From assembly GCA_963422645.2 (NCBI GenBank), contig CAXXVO010000002.1:160001-224000 (forward strand): a stretch of 64,000 nucleotides of DNA, written 5' to 3'. The notes below the pieces were generated by a model. That model was given only the letters and a program-made list of their open reading frames with translations, did not search any database and had not been told where the DNA came from. This DNA comes from Alphaproteobacteria bacterium. Lineage in GTDB: Bacteria; Pseudomonadota; Alphaproteobacteria; UBA828. A program made the translations under genes and the position numbers. Shown in pieces: positions 49,268 through 59,948 of this stretch. Numbering within the stretch: position 1 is the first letter of the stretch; the number at the start of each line of letters is the position of its first letter.

Positions 49268-50779
49268 GTGACGTTCGTGGAGACCTTCGTGGACCCCAGC
49301 CTCTTCGACGGCGCCTGCTACCGCGCGGCCAACTGGCGCTGTCTCGGCGAGACCGGGGGCGGCAAGGGCAAGACCCGCAAAAGCGTCTACGTCTACCCGC
49401 TGACGCCGGACTTCCGCTCGATCCTGCTCGAAGGCCCGCGGCCGGCGCGGCGCGGGAACAGGACACGGCCGGCAGCGCTGGCGCCGGACGATCCCTTCGT
49501 GGCGCTGTGGCAGGACCTGATCGGCGCACTGGCGGCGGTGGCCGCCGATCACGACCGGGTGTGGCAGAGCCGCCGGCGGGTCCTCGACACCCTTCTCGTC
49601 ATGCTCTTCATCTTCCGGCTGGCGTTCTCGAACGGCCGCGCGGGCTACGCCACGACGCTGGCCGGGCTGTGGGAGCAGTGCCGGGTCCTGGGCGTCGCAC
49701 TGCCGCAGCCGGCGCCGGTCTCGGCCTCGGCGATGTGCATGGCGCGGGCCAAGGTCGACGAGGCGGTGTTCAAGACGCTGCACGCCGAGATCCTCAAGCG
49801 CGCCGACGGCCCGGCCTGGAAGGGCCACCGCGTGTTCGCGGTCGACGGCTCCAAGCTCAACCTGCCGCGGCCGCTGCTCAAGGCCGGCTACCGCACGCCC
49901 TCCGAGGCGGCCCACTACCCGCAGGGCCTGCTGAGTTGCCTCTACCGGCTGCACGCGAACATCCCGGTGGACTTCGACCTGGTCGCGCACGGCGACGAAA
50001 GAAGGGCCGCCCTCGCCCACCTCAAGGCGCTCTCGGCCAACGACATCGTGGTCTATGACCGCGGCTACTACTCTTGGGAGATGCTGCACGCCCATGTCGC
50101 CCGCGGCCTGCACCCCGTGTTCCGGATCAAGAAGAAGGCAGGCGCCGCCCTCGACGCCTTCATCGCCGACGGCCGCACGGACGCGCCGATCACCGTCGCT
50201 CCCGGAAAGGACACCCTGAGAAAGCTGCGCCGCAAGACGCCGCACGTCGACGCCACCCCGCTGCGCCTGCGACTGGTCCGCTACCGCATCGGCAGCACGG
50301 TCTTCATCCTCGCCACCACCCTCCTCGACCCCAAGGCCTGGAGCGTCGCGGAACTGGCCGAGCTCTATCACGCGCGCTGGGGAATCGAGGAACTCTACAA
50401 GACCTCGAAACAGGCCATGGCCGTCGAGGCCTTCCACAGCCAGACCGAGCGCGGCGTCCGCCAGGAGCTCTTCGCCCACTTCAACCTCATCGCCATGACC
50501 CGGCTCTTCACCAACCGCAGCAACGCAAGCCTCGACGCCGAGCGCCCTGCCGACGGCAAGCCGGCGATGAAAGCCAACTTCAGCAACGGCCTCGCCACCG
50601 TCGCGCGCAACCTCGAAGCGCTGCTGCTGCGCCATACGGCGATGGTCGCCGAAACCCTCAGCCATGTCCTCTCCTGCATCAACCAGGCGCGTCAGCGCCC
50701 GCGCCCCGGCCGGTCCTGCGAACGCAGGTCGCGCAAACCCCGCGGCAAGTGGGCACGCGCAAAGCGGGCCGTCGCCTGA
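49268..50779 (+). pseudogene. C-terminal part of DUF4338 plus IS4 DDE transposase
   Basis: VETFVD, GACYRAANW..LGETGG; AVDGS, YDRGY, YHARWGIEELYK (YREK signature). Confidence 0.85.
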
Positions 50780-51078
50780 ACACCTGAACGACAGAAACGC
50801 ACGCAACCGACAGCGCAAGAACACGACTCCTTAAGTGAACAGTCGAAAACCGCTAAGTGAATGCCATTGGCGCCCCTCCCCGGTCGCGCATGGCCTACCC
50901 TAACATGGAGAAGACTGCGCCTGACACCGCTGGCGGTCGCAGCGGCCGTGACATGGGCAAGAAGTCCGGGATAGCCCTTTTCGGTCGAAACCTTCAGCAT
51001 GCAAGGGTGGTTCGGGTGTTGGGTTCCTCGCCAGCCCGACGAGGGCGGTAGACGGCATTTCCACTAAAGGAGGATGTC

Positions 51079-52116
51079 ATGGTTTCGCTCGGCGCTCAGT
51101 TCGATACCGGTCCCTCCGTCGGCGAGCAGGCGCGCTTCGTCGAGGAGCACGGGTTCGAGTACGTGTACGTGCCGGACTCGCCGATCAACTGGCGCGAGAT
51201 GAGCCCCTACCTCACGGTGCTCATGCAAAGCACGACCACGGCCAAGATCGGTGCCTGCGTCACCAATCCGGTGTCACGAAATCCGACTGTGCTCGCGAGC
51301 CTGCACGCGGCGCTTCAGGAGCTGAGCGGGGGGCGAATGATCCTCGGGCTGGGCCGGGGCGACAGTGCGGTTCGGCGCCTGGGCGAGCGGCCGGCGCGCC
51401 TCAAGGAATTCGAGGAGGCGTCGATCCTGATTCACCGTCTGGCAAACGGCGAGGAGGTCGCGTACTCGGCCGCGCAGCCCTCCGACGAGGATTGGTACGA
51501 GCAGGCTGCCGAGACTGTGACGCTCTCGCTCGAATGGGCGCCACGCACGCGCATCCCGCTCTACGTGGCGGGCTACGGACCGAAAGTGCTCCGTTGGGCC
51601 GGTCGCGTCGCGGACGGCGTGTTCCTCCAGATTGCCGATCTGGAGACGGTGGAATGGCACATCGGCTTCGTTCGGCAAGGCGCAGACGACGCGGGGCGCG
51701 AGCTGAGCGAGATCGATATCGTTGTCTGCACACCGTCATGGGTCTCGGACGACCTGCACGATGCCTGCGATCGGGTCCGCCCGTTCCCGTCCTACGTGGC
51801 GAACCATGTGACGGATATGCTGCGATTTCATCCCAGGTCGTCGCTGCCGGCGAGCTTTCTCCGGTGCGTCGAGGACAAGGCCCAATACGACTATCGGGAG
51901 CACACGCAGACGGGCGCCGAGCACGCCGGCTACATCTCTGACGACCTCGCGGAAAGCTACACGATCGTAGGCACACCGGAGAGCTGTGCCGAGAAGATCC
52001 GTCGGTTGAGCGCGCTCGGCGTAACCCAGATATGCATCTACTATCTCGGCTACAGCGACGCCGACATTCGCGCGACGACCAAGGCCTACGCGCGCGAGGT
52101 GATGCCCAGGGTCTGA
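51079..52116 (+). CDS. LLM-class flavin/F420-dependent oxidoreductase
   Basis: VTNPVSRNP, GRMILGLGRGDS, YVAGYGPK, AGRVADG. Confidence 0.88.
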   Translation: MVSLGAQFDTGPSVGEQARFVEEHGFEYVYVPDSPINWREMSPYLTVLMQSTTTAKIGACVTNPVSRNPTVLASLHAALQELSGGRMILGLGRGDSAVRRLGERPARLKEFEEASILIHRLANGEEVAYSAAQPSDEDWYEQAAETVTLSLEWAPRTRIPLYVAGYGPKVLRWAGRVADGVFLQIADLETVEWHIGFVRQGADDAGRELSEIDIVVCTPSWVSDDLHDACDRVRPFPSYVANHVTDMLRFHPRSSLPASFLRCVEDKAQYDYREHTQTGAEHAGYISDDLAESYTIVGTPESCAEKIRRLSALGVTQICIYYLGYSDADIRATTKAYAREVMPRV

Positions 52117-52179
52117 GCGCCGGGCACCCCGACCAGTGCGTCCGCACGTCCGGATAGAGCGACCAGTAGGGGCCGCGCC

Positions 52180-52935
52180 ATGAAGCTCGCCGGCAAGGTC
52201 GCCATTGTGACGGGAAGCTCGCGCGGCATCGGCGCGAGCATCGCCCGAGGCTTCGCTGCGGCGGGCGCGCGGCTCGCCATCGTCGCGAACACGCGGCTGG
52301 AGCGCTCGCAGGCGGTCGTCGGCGAGATCGAGGTGGCCGGAGGAGAGGCCAAGGCGTTCGCGGCTGATCTCGCGCGGATCGCCGAGTGCGAGCGGCTGGC
52401 CGGTGCGGTTGTCGACGCCTTCGGAACCGTCGACATCCTCGTGAACAACGCCGGCGTCTACATCCGATCGCCGATCGAAGAGGCCACCGAGGAGCAGTGG
52501 AGCGCGCAGGTCGACCTCAACCTCAAGGGCACCTACTTCATGACCAAGGCGGTCGTGCCGACGATGAAGGCGAAGCGATCCGGCAAGATTATCAACATCA
52601 CCTCGACGTTCGGCCTCGTCGGCGCTGCGGACTGCAGCATCTATTGCATCACGAAGGCCGGGCAGCTGAACCTGACCAAGGCCTTGTGCCTGGAACTCGC
52701 GCGCCACGGAATCAACGTCAACTCGCTGGCGCCGGGCGGGGTCAAGACCGACATGACCGAGGCCTTTCGCGCGCAGACCCAGCTCAAGGAACGTGTGGAC
52801 GAGCTGACGCCAACAGGCACTCACTTTCTCGACCCGTCAGAAGTTGTGGGCGCCGCCGTGTTTCTCGCCTCATCCGCCTCTGACTCGGTGCACGGAGCGA
52901 ACCTGGTGGTCGACGGGGGCTGGACCGCCTGGTAG
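52180..52935 (+). CDS. SDR oxidoreductase
   Basis: TGSSRGIG, NNAG, YCITK, VDGGW. Confidence 0.9.
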   Translation: MKLAGKVAIVTGSSRGIGASIARGFAAAGARLAIVANTRLERSQAVVGEIEVAGGEAKAFAADLARIAECERLAGAVVDAFGTVDILVNNAGVYIRSPIEEATEEQWSAQVDLNLKGTYFMTKAVVPTMKAKRSGKIINITSTFGLVGAADCSIYCITKAGQLNLTKALCLELARHGINVNSLAPGGVKTDMTEAFRAQTQLKERVDELTPTGTHFLDPSEVVGAAVFLASSASDSVHGANLVVDGGWTAW

Positions 52936-53145
52936 CGATCGCTTTGAGCGCTTCCGCTTCACACGAAAGCGCTCTCGCACTTTGCCGTGAAACAGATTCT
53001 GGCGAGGGACGCGCGGTGACGCTCCAACCCCGAGGTCACGGCGTTGGCTGAGACCGCCAGGGTCGGCGCGGCGGAGACGAGCGGTGGACTTCCCCGATGT
53101 GGTCCGAAGCGGTCCCGCGTAGCCGGCTGACGAGATGCGGGCCGC

Positions 53146-54396
53146 TCAGGCGGCCTTGAGTTCCGCGCCTACGGGCTCGATGTAGCCGTAGCGGCGGAGC
53201 ATGCGGATCCACCGAGGAGCGTTGCGCTTGACCATCAGAGCGTCGTAGTCGGCCGTGCGGTCGTAGTAGGGCCTGCCGGTCTTGAGCACCACATAGATGA
53301 TGCGCAGCATCTTGTGAGCGCCGGCGACGATGGCGCGCTTGTAGCCGCGCCGGGCGGCGAGGGCGCGGTGATGAGCCTCGAACTGGCACCCCTTGGTTCG
53401 GGCCGCGCCGTGGGCACACTCGACGAGGCAGGCGCGCAGGGTCTTGGAGCCCATGCGGGTGCGTGCGTTGCGGCGCTTGCCCCCGCTCTCGTTGTTGCCG
53501 GGGCAGAGCCCGGCCCAGGCGGCGAAGTGCTCCTTGGAGGCGAACACGCCGATGTCGGGGCCGATCTCGATGAGGATGGTCGAGGCGGCGGTGCGGTCGA
53601 TGCCGGGGATGGTGGTCAGCAGACGGAGCTGCTCCTCCCACGGTGTCATCTGCCCGTCGATCTTCCTGGTGTAGGACGCGATGCGCGCCTCAAGCGCGTC
53701 ATGCTCCTCCAGCAGGTCGTTGAGCATGAAGCGGTCGTTGTCGCCCAGGCTCAGGGTGAGCGCCTCGCCGAGCCCCTCCAGCTTGTTCGCAACGTGGCTG
53801 GTGAGCGAGGCGAGGATGACCTCGCGCGCCGTCCCCTGCGCCAGGCCGTCGAGGATCTTCCGGCCGTTGACGCCGAAGACGTCGGAGAGGATGCCGCCGA
53901 TGCGCGCACCGGCGCGGTCGATGATCTTCTGCACGCGGTTGCGCACGGCGGAGCGCTGCCTGACCAGGACGCGGCGCTGGCGGCTCAGTGCGCGCAGCTC
54001 CCGGAACGGCTCAGGCGGAACGTGGGAAGGCGTGCAGAGCCCGAACTGGCACACGCAGGCCAGCCACACGCTGTCCGCCACGTCGGTCTTGCGCCCCTTC
54101 AACTGCTTCACCTGACGCGCATGCACCAGGATCGCCTCGAGCCCGGCCGCCTCCAGGGCCGCGAAGGGCGCCTGCCAGTAGACCCCGGTCCCTTCCATCA
54201 CCGCAGCCTCGACGCCGTGACCGGTCAGCCACGCGACCATCTCCTCCAGACCGCTCGGCAGCGTGCCGAAGCAGCGCGTCTCCACCACCGGCTCACCCTC
54301 GCCCTCACAGAGGCGAACCGTCGCGGTGATCTCCATCTTGTGCACGTCCAGACCCGCCGCGCGCGGCCGGACGACGTGCAAGCCTTCCGTCTTCAT
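53146..54396 (-). CDS. IS110 DEDD recombinase/transposase
   Basis: AGLDVHK, VMEGTGVYW, KTDVADS, IPGI, PGNNESGG; GAGGAGG RBS. Confidence 0.93.
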   Translation of the reverse strand: MKTEGLHVVRPRAAGLDVHKMEITATVRLCEGEGEPVVETRCFGTLPSGLEEMVAWLTGHGVEAAVMEGTGVYWQAPFAALEAAGLEAILVHARQVKQLKGRKTDVADSVWLACVCQFGLCTPSHVPPEPFRELRALSRQRRVLVRQRSAVRNRVQKIIDRAGARIGGILSDVFGVNGRKILDGLAQGTAREVILASLTSHVANKLEGLGEALTLSLGDNDRFMLNDLLEEHDALEARIASYTRKIDGQMTPWEEQLRLLTTIPGIDRTAASTILIEIGPDIGVFASKEHFAAWAGLCPGNNESGGKRRNARTRMGSKTLRACLVECAHGAARTKGCQFEAHHRALAARRGYKRAIVAGAHKMLRIIYVVLKTGRPYYDRTADYDALMVKRNAPRWIRMLRRYGYIEPVGAELKAA

Positions 54397-54458
54397 CGCC
54401 TTCCTCCTCATTTGCGCTCTCGCCACGGCGGCGTACGATCACGCCGTGGCATCGCCAC

Positions 54459-54641
54459 GGTGGAGGCGGGGACAGCGGTCGGAAGAACACGCATCCGACG
54501 AGCGGGTGCGGTGCAATTTGCCGCGCGTCCACGGCCACGGGCCGGGTACAATACGGGGTGCGGAGCCGGCCGCCGGAAGCAGTTTTGTCATCGGGAACTA
54601 CGTCACCGATATAACGACGCTCACACGTCCCCACCTCCGCC
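54459..54641 (-). ncRNA. Putative IS110 bridge RNA
   Basis: Closing stem 54459-54473/54627-54641; two hairpin-centred loops with segments matching target and donor junctions. Confidence 0.65.
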
Positions 54642-54785
54642 AATACCCATCCTGACACGGCAAATGGGTGCAAGCGCAAGGAAAACGTCAGCCGAACCGC
54701 TCCTGTTTCATGCCACGGGGTGGCTCAGAACCGCGGGGACCATGACTGTTTTGTCGCTCACGGCAGCAGGCGATTCTGCAATTCT

Positions 54786-54835
54786 GCGCGCCTACCGGCG
54801 CGACCGGCGCCTCCGCGTCGCGCCGGTAGGCGCGC
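54786..54835. repeat. Perfect 19-bp-stem hairpin with GTAG on both strands (REP-like)
   Basis: GCGCGCCTACCGGCGCGAC...GTCGCGCCGGTAGGCGCGC; CCGGCGCCTCCGCG also occurs at 26646. Confidence 0.6.
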
Positions 54836-54976
54836 GATGGCGCCGCAGGAGCGGCGGGGCGCGGCCTGCACGGGGCTCTTTGACCGCGCCTTGCCGGCCC
54901 GGCGCCGCATCGGCGATACTGCCGGCCCTCCTCCGCAATTCCGCGACCAATCCGCCGACCGAAGGGACACTGCACC

Positions 54977-56467
54977 ATGAGCACTGCCGCTGCCGAGATC
55001 GTGAAGGGCGTCTTCCTCCAGGACCCGACGCTGTTCCGCCAGCAATGCTACGTAGACGGCCAGTGGCTCGACGCGAAGTCCGGGCGGACCACCGACGTGG
55101 TGAATCCGGCGGACGGTAAGGTGATCGGCACGGTGCCGGCGCTCTCCGCCACCGAGACCCGCACCGCCATCGAGGCCGCGAACCGGGCCTTCCCCGCCTG
55201 GCGCGCCAAGACCGCGAAGGAGCGCGCCCAGATCCTCCGCAAGTGGTACGACCTGATGATGGCGAACCAGGAGGACCTCGCCATCATCATGACCGCCGAG
55301 CAGGGCAAGCCGATGGCGGAATCGCGCGGCGAAATCGGCTACGGCGGCTCCTTCATCGAGTGGTTCGCGGAGGAAGGCAAGCGCGCCTACGGCGACGTTA
55401 TCCCCCCGCATCTCAACGACCGGCGGATCGTGGTCACCAAGGAGCCGGTGGGCGTCGTCGGCATGATTACGCCGTGGAACTTCCCGAACGCCATGATCAC
55501 GCGCAAGGCCGGGCCCGCACTCGCCGCAGGCTGCACCGTGGTCTCGCGGCCGGCGACGGCGACGCCCTTCTCCGCGCTTGCGCTCTGCGAGCTGGCTGAG
55601 CGCGCCGGCATCCCGCGCGGCGTCTTCAACGTGATCACCGGCCCCTCGGGCGAGGTCGGCGGCGAGATGACCGCCAACCCCATCGTGCGCAAGCTCTCCT
55701 TCACCGGTTCGACCGATGTGGGCAAGGTCCTGCTCGAGCAGTGCGCAAGCACGGTCAAGAAGGTCTCGATGGAGCTCGGCGGCAACGCGCCCTTCATCGT
55801 CTTCGACGATGCAGACATGGACTCGGCCGTGACCGGTGCCATCGCATCCAAGTACCGCAACACGGGGCAGACCTGCGTCTGCGCCAACCGCTTCCTGGTG
55901 CAGGGCGGCGTCTACGACACCTTTGCCGAGAGGCTGGCCGAGGCCTCCTCCAAGCTTGTCGTCGGACCCGGCCTCGAAGGCGAGACCCAGCAGGGGCCGC
56001 TCATCGACGAGAACGCCGTGGCCAAGGTCGAGGAGCACATTCAGGACGCGGTGGACAAGGGGGCGGAGGTGATCCAGGGCGGCAAGCGCCACTCCCTCGG
56101 CGGCAATTTCTTCGAGCCGACTGTCATCGCCAACGTGAACACGCAGATGAAGGTCGCCCGCGAGGAGACCTTCGGCCCGCTCGCGCCACTCTTCCGCTTC
56201 GAGACCGATGACGAAGCGGTGCAGCTCGCCAACGACACCGAGTTTGGCCTCGCGGCCTACTTCTACAGCCGCGACATCGGGCGCATCTGGCGCGTGGCGG
56301 AGCAGCTCGAGTACGGCATCGTCGGCATCAACACCGGGATCATCTCGACCGAGGTGGCCCCCTTCGGGGGCATGAAGGAGTCCGGCATCGGCCGCGAAGG
56401 CTCATACTACGGCCTCGATGAGTTCCTCGAGGTCAAGTACATGTGCATGGGCGACATCGACAAGTAG
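54977..56467 (+). CDS. gabD: NAD(P)-dependent succinate-semialdehyde dehydrogenase
   Basis: ITPWNFP, FTGST, MELGGNAP, GQTCVCANR, EETFGP. Confidence 0.93.
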   Translation: MSTAAAEIVKGVFLQDPTLFRQQCYVDGQWLDAKSGRTTDVVNPADGKVIGTVPALSATETRTAIEAANRAFPAWRAKTAKERAQILRKWYDLMMANQEDLAIIMTAEQGKPMAESRGEIGYGGSFIEWFAEEGKRAYGDVIPPHLNDRRIVVTKEPVGVVGMITPWNFPNAMITRKAGPALAAGCTVVSRPATATPFSALALCELAERAGIPRGVFNVITGPSGEVGGEMTANPIVRKLSFTGSTDVGKVLLEQCASTVKKVSMELGGNAPFIVFDDADMDSAVTGAIASKYRNTGQTCVCANRFLVQGGVYDTFAERLAEASSKLVVGPGLEGETQQGPLIDENAVAKVEEHIQDAVDKGAEVIQGGKRHSLGGNFFEPTVIANVNTQMKVAREETFGPLAPLFRFETDDEAVQLANDTEFGLAAYFYSRDIGRIWRVAEQLEYGIVGINTGIISTEVAPFGGMKESGIGREGSYYGLDEFLEVKYMCMGDIDK

Positions 56468-56872
56468 TCTTTCTTTCGTTTCCCTCAAGCGCCGGGCGCT
56501 CGCTCCGCTCGCTTGGCTCCGCGCTACGCGCGCGGCGCGGTCGCGCCGTCCGGGCCCGCGGCCCGGCCCATAGGATGGCAGATTCCTCGTTGGTCTGCGG
56601 GGGCGCTGTCCGAGTCTGACGCACCGGACCATGGTGCGGTACACAGCGGGCGCCCTCCACGCAAACTTTGCGTCGTGACGTGCGTGAGGGAGCTGGCTGC
56701 AGCGGGCGGTGCGGTATTTGCTGGCGCGGGCGAGTGACGACTGCGGCAAGGGCGATCGTTGCCACCGCCCTCGAGGGCGGCGGCTGCTTGTCTCGCGGAA
56801 TCTCACTACATCCCGGCGAATCTCACTTTCGTTGGAGTTCCGCGCGGCTTGCGCGGCGCGCGCCGACCGGGC

Positions 56873-57697
56873 CTACGCAGCGGCCTCAGCCTCCTCGGGA
56901 GGCTCCGCCTTGCTGCCGGGGACGCAGCCGCCGCAGACCGTGAGCTCCTGCGCCATGATGTGGCGGCCGCGCTCGCCCGCGAGGAATACGGCCATGTCGG
57001 CGATGCTGTCGGTGGTCACCAGCGTGCCCAACATGTTGGCGCGCATGTTCGCCGCGTAGTGGTCTTCGTAGGCGATGCCGAGATCGGCCGCGAGGCCCCG
57101 GTGGGCGTTTTGCGCCATCTTGGTCTCGACCCAGCCCGGGCTGATGGAATTAACGCGAACACCGTCGCCGCCGAGCTCGTCAGCCAGGCAATGCATGAAG
57201 GCGTTGAGCCCGTTCTTGGTCATCGCGTAAGTGCCCCAGCCGGCGGAATGGGCGCCGGCGGCGATGGAGGAAATGAAAATGACCGAAGCGCCTGCGCCCG
57301 AGGCGCGGATCGCCGGCAACGCCGCCTGGGTCACGAGATAGGAGGCCGTGAGGTTGGTCTCGACCATGCTGTCCCAGCTGTCGAGGTCCATCTCGGCCAC
57401 CGGCTTGCGGACAAAAACCCCGGCATTGTTGACCAGGATGTCGAGCCCGCCGAGCCGCTCGACGGCGGCTTGGCACATCGGCGCGATGGCCGCGCGGTCG
57501 CGGAGGTCGGCCGCGGCGGCGAACGCGCGGCCCTCCGCCGCCTCGATCGCATCGACGATTGGCCGGGCGCGCGCGTCGCTGCGCGCATGAACCGCCACAT
57601 GGGCGCCCTCGCGCGCGAAGGCCTCGGCGATTGCCGCACCGATGCCGCTTCCCGCCCCGGTGACCAGGGCGCGGCGGCCGCGAAGAGATGTCTCCAT
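56873..57697 (-). CDS. SDR oxidoreductase
   Basis: TGAGSGIG, NNAG, YAMTK. Confidence 0.88.
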   Translation of the reverse strand: METSLRGRRALVTGAGSGIGAAIAEAFAREGAHVAVHARSDARARPIVDAIEAAEGRAFAAAADLRDRAAIAPMCQAAVERLGGLDILVNNAGVFVRKPVAEMDLDSWDSMVETNLTASYLVTQAALPAIRASGAGASVIFISSIAAGAHSAGWGTYAMTKNGLNAFMHCLADELGGDGVRVNSISPGWVETKMAQNAHRGLAADLGIAYEDHYAANMRANMLGTLVTTDSIADMAVFLAGERGRHIMAQELTVCGGCVPGSKAEPPEEAEAAA

Positions 57698-57835
57698 TCT
57701 CGTCTCCCAATATCGATGATGGTGCCGCCAGGCGGCGGATGAGGCATTGACAGGCGAATTGCGCTATAGGCACGCCCTTGTGAACAGCCGATTCACACTA
57801 CCATGCCAGAACTGAAGGGCGGCGGGGGACGCGCC

Positions 57836-58858
57836 ATGGCCACCGAATCACCGTTTCAGATCAGGGAGGGCATGCACGCACCGGCGGTGCGTCGCGTATC
57901 GCTTGCCGAGGTGCCCGTCATCGACTTCGGTGCGCTTTTCTCGCCCAGCCTGGTCGAGCGCAAGGCCATGGCGCGGGCGATCCGCGCGGCGTGCGCAGGC
58001 CCGGGGTTCTTCTACATCGTCAACCATCAGTTCCCGCAGACGGTGATCGAGCGCGCGCAAGCCGCCATGCGGCGGTTCTTCGCGCTCCCGGTGGAGCAGA
58101 AGATGCGCAATCACTACCTCGACTGGCCCAACCACCGGGGCTACGTGCCCTCGGGCGGGATCACCGCCGACCACAGCCTCGAAGGCTCCAGCGACATCTC
58201 GGAGGCCATCGAGATGGCGCACGACCTGCCGGCGGACGATCCCGACCACGTGCGCGGCGTTCGCTTCTACGGCCCCAACAACTGGCCGGCGGAGCCCGCC
58301 GACTTTCGCTGGGCGCTCGGCACCTATTTCGACTGCCAGCTCGAGCTGGGTCGCCAGATCTTCCGCGCATTCGAGTACGCGCTGGACGTGGAGGAAGGGT
58401 ACTTCACCTCGAAATACACCAAGCCTTTGGCCCGGCTTCGCGTGTGCTACTACGAGCCGCAGCCGGAGCCCCTCGACATCGCCCATATCGGGCTGGGCGC
58501 CCACACCGACTACGAGTGCTTCACCACCGTCTGGCAGGACCGGGAAGGGCTGCAGATGCTGAGCCCTGAGGGCGAGTGGCTGATTGTGCCGCCGGTGGAC
58601 GGCAGTTTCGCCGTCAATCTGGGCGACCTCATGCAGCAATGGACCAACGACTTGTTCGTCTCGACCATGCACCGGGTGATCAACACCTCAGGGCAGAGGC
58701 GCTACTCGCTGGTGCAATTCTTCGGCGTCGACTACGAGGTGGAGGTCGAGGCGATCCCGAGCTGCGTCGGGCCAGAGAACCCGTGGCGCTACGCGCCAAT
58801 CAAGGCGGGCGACCACTCGGAGAGAATGGTCGCCCGCACCTACCACTACGACGAATAG
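57836..58858 (+). CDS. 2OG-Fe(II) oxygenase (isopenicillin N synthase family)
   Basis: VPVIDF, GFFYIVNH, HTD...H triad, RYS. Confidence 0.9.
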   Translation: MATESPFQIREGMHAPAVRRVSLAEVPVIDFGALFSPSLVERKAMARAIRAACAGPGFFYIVNHQFPQTVIERAQAAMRRFFALPVEQKMRNHYLDWPNHRGYVPSGGITADHSLEGSSDISEAIEMAHDLPADDPDHVRGVRFYGPNNWPAEPADFRWALGTYFDCQLELGRQIFRAFEYALDVEEGYFTSKYTKPLARLRVCYYEPQPEPLDIAHIGLGAHTDYECFTTVWQDREGLQMLSPEGEWLIVPPVDGSFAVNLGDLMQQWTNDLFVSTMHRVINTSGQRRYSLVQFFGVDYEVEVEAIPSCVGPENPWRYAPIKAGDHSERMVARTYHYDE

Positions 58859-58879
58859 GGAGCGCGCGGCCCCCTACTC

Positions 58880-59770
58880 TTATTCACTCAACGTGACCTC
58901 GACCCGCCGGTTGCGGCCGTCACGCACGTTGTCGCTGGTCTTGGCGATCGGCTCCGATTCGCCGAGGCCCTCGGCATCGATCACAAAGCGGCCTGCGCCG
59001 TGGTCGATCATGTAGCTCGCAACCGCGAGAGCACGCCTCTCCGAGAGGCCGAGATTGTACTCCTCAGGCCCGGCCCGGTCGGTGTGGCCCCGAATGATGA
59101 TCTTGTAGGGCTTCATCGCCAACGCCGTGGCGGACGCCTCATCCAGCGTCTGCTTCGCGGCGTTCGAGAGCTCGGAGCTATCGAACTCGAAGAACACCAC
59201 GTAGTAGGTCACGTAGACGGGCTCGGGCTCGGGCGCAGGCTCCGGCGGCGGGGGCGGCGGCGGCCGCATTGCCACCTCGGCGGCGACCACCGAGCCATAG
59301 AACGCGTTGCGGCATTCGCCGATGTCGTCGGGCTGGTGACCCTCTTCCTGCTCCTGCATCCAGCATTCCAGATTGATCTGGGCATGGGCGGCGATGGCCG
59401 GTGCCTTGTCCCGACCGCTTCCGTCCAGCATCGCCACGAGCCTCGACCTCGCCTTCGAGATCTCTTCCACCTTGTCCGGCGCGATCAAGCGCTCCGAGAG
59501 GTCGGCCGGCGCCACGTCTTCGCCCCGCGCCGCGCCGCCGGCTTTCACCGCAAAGTGGTCGGAATCGCGATAATCGTGTTCCCCATGCTCTCTCGTTGCT
59601 AGCTTGAGATAGCCCGCGTAAAGCTCGGCTTGGAATTCCGATCCTTGAGGCTCGAGGTCTTTGACGCCTTCGAGTTCCATGCCTGCGCATGCGCCGAGCA
59701 TCGCCGACAGCCCCACGACTGCCGCGAGACGGAGCCCGGTCGACGAAACCCTGTTCTTGAAGATCCTCAT
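58880..59770 (-). CDS. OmpA-family lipoprotein
   Basis: Lipobox LGAC, Pro-rich linker, GHTD, NLGLSERRA, NRRVEV. Confidence 0.9.
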   Translation of the reverse strand: MRIFKNRVSSTGLRLAAVVGLSAMLGACAGMELEGVKDLEPQGSEFQAELYAGYLKLATREHGEHDYRDSDHFAVKAGGAARGEDVAPADLSERLIAPDKVEEISKARSRLVAMLDGSGRDKAPAIAAHAQINLECWMQEQEEGHQPDDIGECRNAFYGSVVAAEVAMRPPPPPPPEPAPEPEPVYVTYYVVFFEFDSSELSNAAKQTLDEASATALAMKPYKIIIRGHTDRAGPEEYNLGLSERRALAVASYMIDHGAGRFVIDAEGLGESEPIAKTSDNVRDGRNRRVEVTLSE

Positions 59771-59948
59771 GACACGCCTCCTTGCTGTCACCGGAGACTA
59801 TAACGCCTTCCGGGGCGTCGTCGAAAGCACAACGAGGATCATGGCGGACGTATTCGAAACCAAATGGGCAGCAATCGCTCGACAACTCCAGGAGTTCCGG
59901 GCTAGATCACGAGTGATCGAAGCGATGCGACCAGACCGGAGGTACACC

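Larger units (their letters stand above)
44811..50869 (+). mobile_element. IS4-family element with a DUF4338-DDE fusion transposase, interrupted by nested IS
   Basis: IRs CAATGGCATTCA / TGAATGCCATTG; possible short GCG duplication at the flanks. Confidence 0.82.
52982..54747 (-). mobile_element. IS110-family element inserted in a palindromic repeat
   Basis: ACT at both junctions (52979-52981, 54745-54747); joined flanks resemble 26581-26660. Confidence 0.85.

Noticed and set aside
44811-50869. Druantia anti-phage system
   Set aside because: DUF4338 is fused to an IS4 transposase within IRs; no DruE helicase or other dru genes
56470-56870. GC-rich hairpins between gabD and the convergent SDR as an ncRNA
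   Set aside because: Consistent with REP-like or terminator hairpins; no second copy or identifiable RNA motif seen
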